Made by a program: the position numbers and the translations under genes
Notes under the pieces: model-generated
Databases searched by the model: none
Told to the model about the DNA's origin: nothing
The model's input: only the letters and a program-made list of their open reading frames with translations
In this document: piece by piece, positions 7,975 through 15,996 of the stretch
Position numbering within the stretch: the stretch's first letter is position 1
How the letters are laid out: every line of letters begins with the position of its first letter
From: an uncultured archaeon
Lineage (GTDB): Archaea; Asgardarchaeota; Lokiarchaeia; Sigyniarchaeales; SOKP01
Length of the DNA stretch: 16,993 nucleotides
NCBI GenBank assembly: GCA_964493715.1
Contig: CAZBPC010000073.1
Span: forward strand, 1 to 16,993
Direction: 5' to 3'

Positions 7975-9408
7975 ATGAGTGAAACAGATTTAGATGTTGG
8001 ATCAAAACATCCTTGGTGGCGTTATGCTTCAAATGGTACGTTCCAAATAACCACGACGGTAATTGGTGCTACTCAAGCCATTTATTTATATTACTACTAC
8101 TTTAACGTGCTTGGGTTAGAACCGGGGCTTATTGTCCTTGCTTTGACAATATTTACGATTTATGATGCAATCAACGATCCTATTATCGGATTTCTCGTTG
8201 ATCGAAATACTCGGTTGACGAAACGATGGGGTCGGCGCTTCCCTTGGATAGTAATTGGAATTGTACCTTGGACTCTCTCCCTCTTTCTAATATTTACCGC
8301 GCCGACCGTAAATCCTGCAAATCCCTGGCCTGTATTTTTTTGGTTATTCGGATCATTGGTTTTAATGGATACGTTTGGATCATTAGTAGGGATCAATGTA
8401 AGTGCCCTCCGTCCAGATTTATTCCGTACTGAAGAAGAAAGGCAAAAGTTAACTTGGTGGTGGACTCCATTAGATATGGTTGCTCAAGCTCTTGGATTCA
8501 TACTTCCTCCATTATTCATTAATCCATATGCTTTAAAGGCAAGTTATGGTTTTATGGGAACCATGATGTCTATGATTTGTCTTATTAGTGCCATTCTTTT
8601 TTTACCCGGCACGACAGAAACCAAGGTCGTGAAAGAAAGATATTTTACGGGACAATACGAATCTTTTAAGTTCTTTTCTGGAATGAAAGAAGTGTTAAAA
8701 TCAAAAAGTTTTATTGTATTTTTCGTAGCGCTTACAACATTCAATATGACGATAAACTTGTTGATGGGTAATGCCCCTTTTGTTACTACTTATCTTCTTA
8801 GGTATGCTGCTGGTGATGAAGTTTTTATATTTATTATATTTATGAGTGGCGCTTTTGTCGCATTTCCTTTCTGGATACTTTATCTTAAAAAAGTTAAAGA
8901 TAATAAGAAAGTGCTCGCTATAGGTGGATTAGCATTTGGAATCGCCTTATTTCCATTAACCTTTTTCCAGACAGAGATAGATCTATATATAATGTTATTT
9001 ATCCTGGGAGTTGCAGTGGGGAGTATGTGGGCATTCTTTTATACTATTATTCAAGCAAGCGTAATTGATGATTTTGTAGCTTCAACAAGAAAAAATCAGA
9101 AAGGAATTCTTCTTGGAGTTTCAACGTTGCTAGGACGGTTAGTTGCCACTCTTGATGAAGGGGTTATGGCTCTGGTACATACTACCACTGGTTTTCCAGC
9201 TGGATCAGTAGATTATGCAGGTTTAGTCACCGCAGTCACGGCTGCTGGAGGAGATATTAATATGGTACTTCTAGGAATAAGACTTCTTTTTGGGATTATT
9301 CCATCCGTCATCATAATTGCAGGTACATTAGTATTTTGGAAGTATTTCCCTCTTACTCAGGATAAAGTATTAGAAAACAAGAGAATATTAGAAGAACTTG
9401 GGTTTTAA
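7975..9408 (+). CDS. MFS transporter, GPH/MelB family; close paralogue of 2438..3901
   Basis: YDAINDPIIGFLVDR and WGRRFPW. Shares HPWWRYASN, RPDLFRTEEER, VTAAGGD.N.VLLGIRLL and AGTLVFWKYFPLT..KVLENK.ILEELG with the 2438..3901 product. Confidence 0.93.
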   Translation: MSETDLDVGSKHPWWRYASNGTFQITTTVIGATQAIYLYYYYFNVLGLEPGLIVLALTIFTIYDAINDPIIGFLVDRNTRLTKRWGRRFPWIVIGIVPWTLSLFLIFTAPTVNPANPWPVFFWLFGSLVLMDTFGSLVGINVSALRPDLFRTEEERQKLTWWWTPLDMVAQALGFILPPLFINPYALKASYGFMGTMMSMICLISAILFLPGTTETKVVKERYFTGQYESFKFFSGMKEVLKSKSFIVFFVALTTFNMTINLLMGNAPFVTTYLLRYAAGDEVFIFIIFMSGAFVAFPFWILYLKKVKDNKKVLAIGGLAFGIALFPLTFFQTEIDLYIMLFILGVAVGSMWAFFYTIIQASVIDDFVASTRKNQKGILLGVSTLLGRLVATLDEGVMALVHTTTGFPAGSVDYAGLVTAVTAAGGDINMVLLGIRLLFGIIPSVIIIAGTLVFWKYFPLTQDKVLENKRILEELGF

Positions 9409-9412
9409 AAAC

Positions 9413-9432
9413 TCTTTTTTTTTTAATTTTTT
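9413..9432 (+). terminator. Oligo(T) terminator
   Basis: T10 (9415-9424) plus T6 directly after the stop at 9408. Confidence 0.5.
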
Positions 9433-9483
9433 ACTAAATTTTAAGAGATTTCTGGAATTTTTAAGATTAATTGAGGAATAAAA

Positions 9484-12231
9484 ATGATTGAAGAATTAGA
9501 AAATATTTATGATCATCGTTCAATAGAAAAAGAATTGTACGAATGGTGGGAGAAAGAAAGTTTCTTTCGACCTGAAAAATCTCATGAATTAGGTATTACT
9601 GATGAGAATTCTGAAAGATTTTGCATAACAATTCCATTACCAAACGTAACAGGTCAACTCCATTCAGGTCATGGGCTTGTGATTTCCCTTGAAGATTTTA
9701 TGACTCGATATGAACGCATGCGACAAAAAGAAACTCTTTATATTCCGGGTACAGATCATGCCGGAATTGCTACTCAAAGTGTCGTTGTTAGGGAACTATT
9801 AAAACAAGGTATAAATCATAAAGATTTAGGACGTGAAAAATTCGTCGAAAAAGTGTGGGCATGGAAGCATAAATTTCACGCACGAATTACTGAACAATCA
9901 AAAAGAATGGGTATTAGCTGCGATTGGAGCCGGGAATGTTTCACTTTAGACCAAAATTTATCACGAGCCGTCCGGGAGGCTTTCTATAGATTATATCATA
10001 AAGGATTAATATATCGAGGAGAATACATGGTTAATTGGTGCCCAGGAAGGTGTGTTACCGCAATATCTGACTTAGAGACTGAGGATATTGATGAACATGG
10101 GCACCTATGGTATATCAAGTATCCAATTATTAATAAAGCTTGGAAAGGACCCCAATCTCCTTGGGGGAGTGGAAAATGGGCTGAAGGCGCCATAGATTTT
10201 ATTATTGTTGCTACCACAAGACCCGAAACGCTATTAGGTGACACCGCGGTGGCTACAATAAAATCCCATCCCAAATATGCTAAATATATCGGTAAGCGAG
10301 CAATAATTCCGGCTGTTGGTCGTTCTGTTCCAATAATTACCGATCCATTTGTGGATCCCGAATTTGGTACTGGCGCTTTAAAAATAACTCCTGCTCACGA
10401 TCCTAATGATTTTGAAATTGGGAAAAAACATGATTTAGAATTTATCAATATATTTAATGAAAACGCTCAGATTCTCCCTGGCTTTGTTGAAGCTTATACA
10501 GGGTTAGATCGTTTTGAATGTCGGAAAGCAATCTTAAAAGATCTTGAGAAGGAAGGATTATTAACTAATATCGAAACTTATGATCATCCTGAACCACACT
10601 GTCAACGATGTCATGCAATCATAGAACCCCGAGTGTCTATTCAGTGGTTCGTAAAGACAAAACCACTTGCTGGACCAGCAATGGATGCCGTTCGGAATGG
10701 TGAAATAACTATAATTCCTGAAAGAGAACAACGGCGTTTTTTCCTATGGATGGAAAATATCCACGATTGGTGCATATCCCGCCAGCTTTGGTGGGGTCAC
10801 AGAATTCCAGTTTGGTATTGTGATGAATGTGGTGAAGAAATCTGTCCCGAACCAGATGTGGAATCGGTCTCAACTTGTCCTAAATGCAAAAGTTCTAGTG
10901 TTCATCAAGATGAGGACGTGTTAGATACTTGGTTCTCGAGTGGGTTATGGACTTTTTCAACTTTGGGGTGGCCAAATATTGATCACCCTGATTATAAACG
11001 CTTCTATCCAACCGATACAAGAGAAACGGGTTATGATATTCTCTTTTTTTGGGTTGCAAGAGAAATTATGATGGGAATTGAGCTAACAGGAAAATCTCCA
11101 TATCACACTGTTTATTTACATGGTATGATTCGAGACGAAAAAGGGGGAAAGATAAGTAAATCAATGGAAAATATAGACCAATATGATCCACTTATAATTA
11201 TAAAGGATTTTGGAGCAGATTCTCTCCGGTATGTATATATATCAACTAGTATTCCGGGATTAGATATGAATTTAGACCCCAAAAATATCGAGGTTGCTCA
11301 CAAATTCTGTAATAAGATATGGCAAGCATCTCGTTATGTTTTAACTAACATTGAACCTGATGAAAAAGTATATCGAATTGATGAAATTGATCTGAAAAAG
11401 CTAAATTTCCCTGATAGATGGATACTCTCCCGGTTAAACTCCCTGATTCGAGATGTAAAAATTCACATGGATAACTATGAATACTTACAAATGACGAGAA
11501 TAATTAAATTATTTTTCTGGAGCGAATTTTGTGATTGGTACATTGAAATGAGCAAAAATTTTCTCTATGATGATAATTATTCTGAAAAATATATACAAAA
11601 AACGATACTATTACATGTATTAGACACATTCTATAGATTATTACATCCTATCATGCCATTTATCACTGAAAAATTATGGCAAGCTCTCCCAAGTGCTCTT
11701 AAAGAAGTGCCTACGATAATGTATGCTCAATGGCCTAAAGTTAACGAGTCATTCATTGAATCAAAGTTAGAAGAAAGTTTTCTGTTAATGACCGATTTTG
11801 TCCGAGAAGTGAGACGCATTAAACATGATTTCGGAATCCCTTTAAAAAAGCTAGTTCCACTGCAAATTGAGACAAGCAATAAAGAATTATTTGAAATCTG
11901 CAAAAATGAACTGGTGAAGATGGCATTTATAGATGAGGAAAAATTCATAATTGATGACAAAATCGTTCCACCTCCTCAATCAGCACGAATCGTACTCAGT
12001 GGAATACCTGCATTTATTCCACTTTCAGGAATGATTGATATTGAAAAGGAAAAAGTGAGAATCCAAACTTCTCTTGAAAAATCTAAACTCGAGATATCCA
12101 AAATAGAGAAAAAATTACAGGGTCAATTTTCAGAGCGAGCTCCAGAAGAGTTGGTGAAAAGAGAAAGAGAGAAACTTGAAGAATTGAAAATTAAAATCAA
12201 TCAGTTCGAAGACCAATTAAATATTTTGTAA
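9484..12231 (+). CDS. valS: Valyl-tRNA synthetase, bacterial-type architecture with atypical signature motifs
   Basis: PNVTG.LHSGH (HIGH), PGTDHAGIATQ, ATTRPETLLGDTAVA and GTGALKITPAHDPNDF (editing domain), DWCISRQLWWGHRIP, DVLDTWFSS, GYDILFFWVAR, KISKS (KMSKS), FCDWYIE, LLHPIMPFITE, and a C-terminal coiled coil (KKLQGQFSERAPEELV). GAGGA RBS upstream. Confidence 0.96.
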   Translation: MIEELENIYDHRSIEKELYEWWEKESFFRPEKSHELGITDENSERFCITIPLPNVTGQLHSGHGLVISLEDFMTRYERMRQKETLYIPGTDHAGIATQSVVVRELLKQGINHKDLGREKFVEKVWAWKHKFHARITEQSKRMGISCDWSRECFTLDQNLSRAVREAFYRLYHKGLIYRGEYMVNWCPGRCVTAISDLETEDIDEHGHLWYIKYPIINKAWKGPQSPWGSGKWAEGAIDFIIVATTRPETLLGDTAVATIKSHPKYAKYIGKRAIIPAVGRSVPIITDPFVDPEFGTGALKITPAHDPNDFEIGKKHDLEFINIFNENAQILPGFVEAYTGLDRFECRKAILKDLEKEGLLTNIETYDHPEPHCQRCHAIIEPRVSIQWFVKTKPLAGPAMDAVRNGEITIIPEREQRRFFLWMENIHDWCISRQLWWGHRIPVWYCDECGEEICPEPDVESVSTCPKCKSSSVHQDEDVLDTWFSSGLWTFSTLGWPNIDHPDYKRFYPTDTRETGYDILFFWVAREIMMGIELTGKSPYHTVYLHGMIRDEKGGKISKSMENIDQYDPLIIIKDFGADSLRYVYISTSIPGLDMNLDPKNIEVAHKFCNKIWQASRYVLTNIEPDEKVYRIDEIDLKKLNFPDRWILSRLNSLIRDVKIHMDNYEYLQMTRIIKLFFWSEFCDWYIEMSKNFLYDDNYSEKYIQKTILLHVLDTFYRLLHPIMPFITEKLWQALPSALKEVPTIMYAQWPKVNESFIESKLEESFLLMTDFVREVRRIKHDFGIPLKKLVPLQIETSNKELFEICKNELVKMAFIDEEKFIIDDKIVPPPQSARIVLSGIPAFIPLSGMIDIEKEKVRIQTSLEKSKLEISKIEKKLQGQFSERAPEELVKREREKLEELKIKINQFEDQLNIL

Positions 12232-12258
12232 TTTCTTCTTTTATTTCTTTTAAAAGAA
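12232..12258. terminator. Pyrimidine tract plus 14-bp palindrome TTCTTTTAAAAGAA after valS, possibly a bidirectional terminator
   Basis: tttcttcttttatttctttt follows the valS stop; perfect palindrome at 12245-12258. Confidence 0.45.
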
Positions 12259-12506
12259 GGGTAGATCCTTAATATTTAGTAGATCTATTTGGGGAGAAAA
12301 TTTTTTAATATACTCTATCGATTTTAATGCTTCACAATTCTGATGGAAAGTTCTTGCCCGTACCTAGAGTAGCGTGATCAATTAGTCCTTCTTTAGAATA
12401 GTCTTGTAAGTGAATTTCACCTGCAATATCTAAATTTTTTTCCGTAATATTAACCAAATCACATTCTCTTTAAAGAATGCAATTTAAAAGTATCTACAAT
12501 ATCCAT
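12250..12506 (-). pseudogene. Possible frameshifted gene remnant (unidentified)
   Basis: Three overlapping short minus-strand frames: MDIVDTFKLHSLKRM*, RECDLVNITEKNLDIAGEIHLQDYSKEGLIDHATLGTGKNFPSEL* (12469-12332) and VRARTFHQNCEALKSIEYIKKFSPQIDLLNIKDLPFF* (12363-12250). Base composition looks more coding-like than other spacers. Confidence 0.25.
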
Positions 12507-12539
12507 TAAATCTAAATTAAGAATTATTAGTTAAATTGC

Positions 12540-14681
12540 CTATTTTTTAAGAATTGCAATTATTGGTGCTAATGAAGGGATTTCTACCTCAAATCGACAG
12601 ATGTTGTCTGAATCATGATTTACTTTCAAAGTAGATATCTTCTGATTTATACCGTTATAAATTTCAATATCTTTAACTTCTAAGCCATATTTCATAGAAT
12701 TAAATTGAATTACTGTTTTTTGGGAGCGACTACTTAAATTATAGGCTGTAATAACACCTAACTTATCAATTTCATCCACATGAAGGTGAATTTCTTGAGT
12801 TATGCCATAAAATATTCCCTGCGTTAAGTAATGTTTAATCTTTTTATAAAGAATCATCGCTTCTTTTAATGCTTTATATTTTACACTATCTCTATTGCTC
12901 AATCCACCAATACCCAAATGTCTCGCAAGAGAGGCATACCACCAGAATTGTAACATATTGTCATTATCGCTATTTTCATTTATATGTAAATATAGAGGAA
13001 TAGAGTAAGCTAAATTATATTCAAAAAGTTGAATAGCTCTTCTCGATATTAAATCCTGCATTGGGTTCCACATGCATTCAAACCCCCAATTCTCGTCGAA
13101 ACTATGAGGGAGATTATGTTGAAAATACAATGGATGTCTTGGTTTAACACCTCTATCATGAGCTTCTATTAGAATATTAGGATACTCTTTTTTTACATTT
13201 TGAATTACTTTTAAAATGTTTTCCGCGTGGGTCTGTCTTCTCATTGGAACTTCATGACTATGATCCTTACTAAAACAACCGAGATCCTCTGCCATAAAAT
13301 TTGAAAGCTCGGTGAAATCAAACATAAAAAAATCTATTCCCTCCTTGGCTAATTCTAATATTCTCCGAGTTTTTTCCTTTACCCAATGGTCATTGGCACA
13401 AACGCAATAAAGATTAATATAAGGGTCAGCTACAACCTTTACTCCCTTTTTAGATCTCAGATAAAATTCGTCAGATTCATTTACTCCTTCAAAATTCATC
13501 ATTAGATGCAATGCTAATTTCAATCCATATTTCTCATGAATATTATGCGAAAATACCTTTAAGGGACCGAATCTTTCTGCATTCCAAATTTCAGATCCTA
13601 GTGCGGTATTCCAACCTGGATCCAGATATAAGCATTCGGCGCCAATATCTTTAGCTAATTTAGCTTCTTCGAATAATTGTTCTAATGTATAGACCTCGAA
13701 CTCCGTACTATCGACAAAGAAACCAGTCTTTTCTGCAACCCATCCTAAATTATACAATTCATTCCAATGAACTGGTGGCTCATAGTCTTTCTTGAATTTA
13801 TGACCTTGTTCCTCAAGATGGCTTCTATAGAGGTAATAACCTTCTTTGTAGTCCCCAGTGTAGATAGAATATTTAGTAACTCCAAAAGAGTAACTTTGAT
13901 TCGGCTCTAAAGTGGTAGCAGTTTCAGGATTTCCTTCATAAAGATATACTCCTCCAAAAAGAATATTGACGTCTTCAGCACCTCTTCCTAGTAAAATACT
14001 TGCTATCCGCTGAAACCGGGAATATTCCATTTGAGTTTGATTATACTTGCAAACAAGTAATCCTCCTTCCTTATTGCCCCATAACCAACCTTCAGCACAA
14101 TATCCGGGCATTTCTGTCTCTTTAGCAACCCATGCTCCAAAAACTATATCATTTGCAGTGTAATTTTCTTTCCTCTTATCATCTCCATATCCCATATATC
14201 TTCGGTAAGGTATGGAAGTTAAGCAATATTCATCTGAATGATTATTCCACCCAGTATATTGCTTAAAAAGAGTGTTTTTAAAACCAAGATTTATCATTCC
14301 GAACCTGATTTTTTTATCACCAACATTAGTTAATGTTATACGTTCCTCTAACCACTTGCTATCCTTTGCTAGCTTAAACTCTTGTGTCATACTTATATCA
14401 GTTTCATCGAATTTACCTTTTACAATTAACTTATCAGATCTTTTTTCATAAATCTCTCTGGAAGATAGCTTTTTAGCTTTTAAATCTGAATCTAAATGCA
14501 ACAAATAGACAAATCGAGATCCTTTCTTCTTAGATGTCAAAATTCTATAATGATAATCTTGATCTGCATAAATCACATTATTGATTTTACTATGCATCTT
14601 ATAAATAAATCCGGCATTCTCATCATTTTGAATCTCGAATGTCCACCAATCATTTGTTAGAATATAATCTTTCTGAGTCAT
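12540..14681 (-). CDS. Divergent glycoside hydrolase clan GH-D (GH36/alpha-galactosidase-like) protein
   Basis: Beta-rich N-terminal domain, then PPVHWNELY, LFEEAKLAKDIGAECLYLDPGW, WNAERFG, GLKLALH, GIDFFMFDF, KKEYPNILIE and a C-terminal beta domain. This order matches GH36 (P..WN.W, LDDGW, RFP.G, G.DY.K.D). ATG at 14681 preferred over TTG at 14690. Confidence 0.65.
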   Translation of the reverse strand: MTQKDYILTNDWWTFEIQNDENAGFIYKMHSKINNVIYADQDYHYRILTSKKKGSRFVYLLHLDSDLKAKKLSSREIYEKRSDKLIVKGKFDETDISMTQEFKLAKDSKWLEERITLTNVGDKKIRFGMINLGFKNTLFKQYTGWNNHSDEYCLTSIPYRRYMGYGDDKRKENYTANDIVFGAWVAKETEMPGYCAEGWLWGNKEGGLLVCKYNQTQMEYSRFQRIASILLGRGAEDVNILFGGVYLYEGNPETATTLEPNQSYSFGVTKYSIYTGDYKEGYYLYRSHLEEQGHKFKKDYEPPVHWNELYNLGWVAEKTGFFVDSTEFEVYTLEQLFEEAKLAKDIGAECLYLDPGWNTALGSEIWNAERFGPLKVFSHNIHEKYGLKLALHLMMNFEGVNESDEFYLRSKKGVKVVADPYINLYCVCANDHWVKEKTRRILELAKEGIDFFMFDFTELSNFMAEDLGCFSKDHSHEVPMRRQTHAENILKVIQNVKKEYPNILIEAHDRGVKPRHPLYFQHNLPHSFDENWGFECMWNPMQDLISRRAIQLFEYNLAYSIPLYLHINENSDNDNMLQFWWYASLARHLGIGGLSNRDSVKYKALKEAMILYKKIKHYLTQGIFYGITQEIHLHVDEIDKLGVITAYNLSSRSQKTVIQFNSMKYGLEVKDIEIYNGINQKISTLKVNHDSDNICRFEVEIPSLAPIIAILKK

Positions 14682-14709
14682 TTTAATCAACTTCTAAATA
14701 GAGTAGGTT

Positions 14710-15843
14710 TTAACTAATTGGGTACTGCCCATATTTTTTTGTTGTGGAAATCATTGTTAGAACGTTCTCAACTTTGCATGAATTTGTAATGTCAGTACAA
14801 GCACTTAAAATGTAGCCTCCTCCTCTACCCGCATCAAGAATGCACTCTTTCACCATATTTATCACGTCATCCTTTGTGCCATAAGGTAATAATTGAGAAA
14901 CATCAATATTGCCTATTAGACATAATCTATCTCCATAAACTTCCTTTAAATGTTTTAAATTCATGCCTGACATAGGTTCTAATGATTCTACACCGCTGAA
15001 TCCAGCTTCTATTAATCCTTCAAAATAAGGTTCAGTAAATCCATCTGAGTGGAAACAGACATATTTTCCGGCTTTTTTTAATATTTTGATAGCTTCCTTA
15101 TAAGCGGGAATAATAAGTTCTTTATGATATATTGGATTTATCATAGTTGTACCCTTCAAAGCTGTATCATCACATATAAAAAAGATCTCAAAATCCGTTT
15201 CAGCACTCAATTTAGCTGCATCTACCAATTTCTTTTTTCTAAGATCAATATATCGCTTAATTTTAGCTTTATTTTTTCTTATTAACTTTATTAGTAATCC
15301 TAGACCCATTCCCATCCACATGGATTCTAAAATAGGATCGAGATGAGTACAAGGTACAAATTCATCAGTAGGAAATTTCCTCAGCTTTTTGTTCACTTTT
15401 GTAGCAAAATCAGGGGCTTCATCCCATTCAATAGAGAAGTAAGTATCATAAAAGTAGTCAGCCATTTCTTCGTTAGTTATGTAATTTCCATAATAATAAC
15501 CAACATCATTCGGATCAGTAGAAGTGTGCTTTAGATAGATTCTACCATTATAATCGATATATTTATTATCATCATCCAATTTCGGTAAGGGGTGGTATTG
15601 CATGTACTTCTGTGGAATATAAACTGGAAACGCATTAAATCCCCATGCAGCATCAAATCCTAACTTGTACTCTACATTAAAATCTCGATTTAAAAGCTTA
15701 TATTTTCTGTCCCAATTATAAGAATCTCCCCAATAAGCTTCCAATCGCTCTTGGAATTTAGACATTACCACTTGGCAAAAAAGCGGGATTCTATCGGGTT
15801 CTTCGTGATTTAAGGTTTTGATAAGTCTTTCTCTTGTATTCAC
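14710..15843 (-). CDS. UroD/MtaA-CmuA superfamily protein, not HemE
   Basis: NTRERLIKTLNHEEPDRIP, ICDDTA, INP..HKELIIPAY, FHSDG, IGNID, GGGYILSAC and ENVLTM. Start is probably the GTG at 15843 (TTG at 15852 is the alternative). The 28-bp gap to the GH-like gene suggests an operon. Confidence 0.9.
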   Translation of the reverse strand: MNTRERLIKTLNHEEPDRIPLFCQVVMSKFQERLEAYWGDSYNWDRKYKLLNRDFNVEYKLGFDAAWGFNAFPVYIPQKYMQYHPLPKLDDDNKYIDYNGRIYLKHTSTDPNDVGYYYGNYITNEEMADYFYDTYFSIEWDEAPDFATKVNKKLRKFPTDEFVPCTHLDPILESMWMGMGLGLLIKLIRKNKAKIKRYIDLRKKKLVDAAKLSAETDFEIFFICDDTALKGTTMINPIYHKELIIPAYKEAIKILKKAGKYVCFHSDGFTEPYFEGLIEAGFSGVESLEPMSGMNLKHLKEVYGDRLCLIGNIDVSQLLPYGTKDDVINMVKECILDAGRGGGYILSACTDITNSCKVENVLTMISTTKKYGQYPIS

Positions 15844-15996
15844 ATAAATCAAACTCTATTATCCCTTAATTAATATTAATGAATATTGAGTGTTATTTAA
15901 ATTCATTTTGAAATCGGGATTATAAGATCTTTATTAATATTTTAAAATCATCGTCTTTTTAAACCATTCCTTCAATTTCTTACTAACCTTATATAT

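Noticed and set aside
2438-9408. Inverted transporter paralogues as the ends of an invertible or mobile element
   Set aside because: The similarity is protein-level and diverged, with no long identical DNA repeats, recombinase or target-site duplication.
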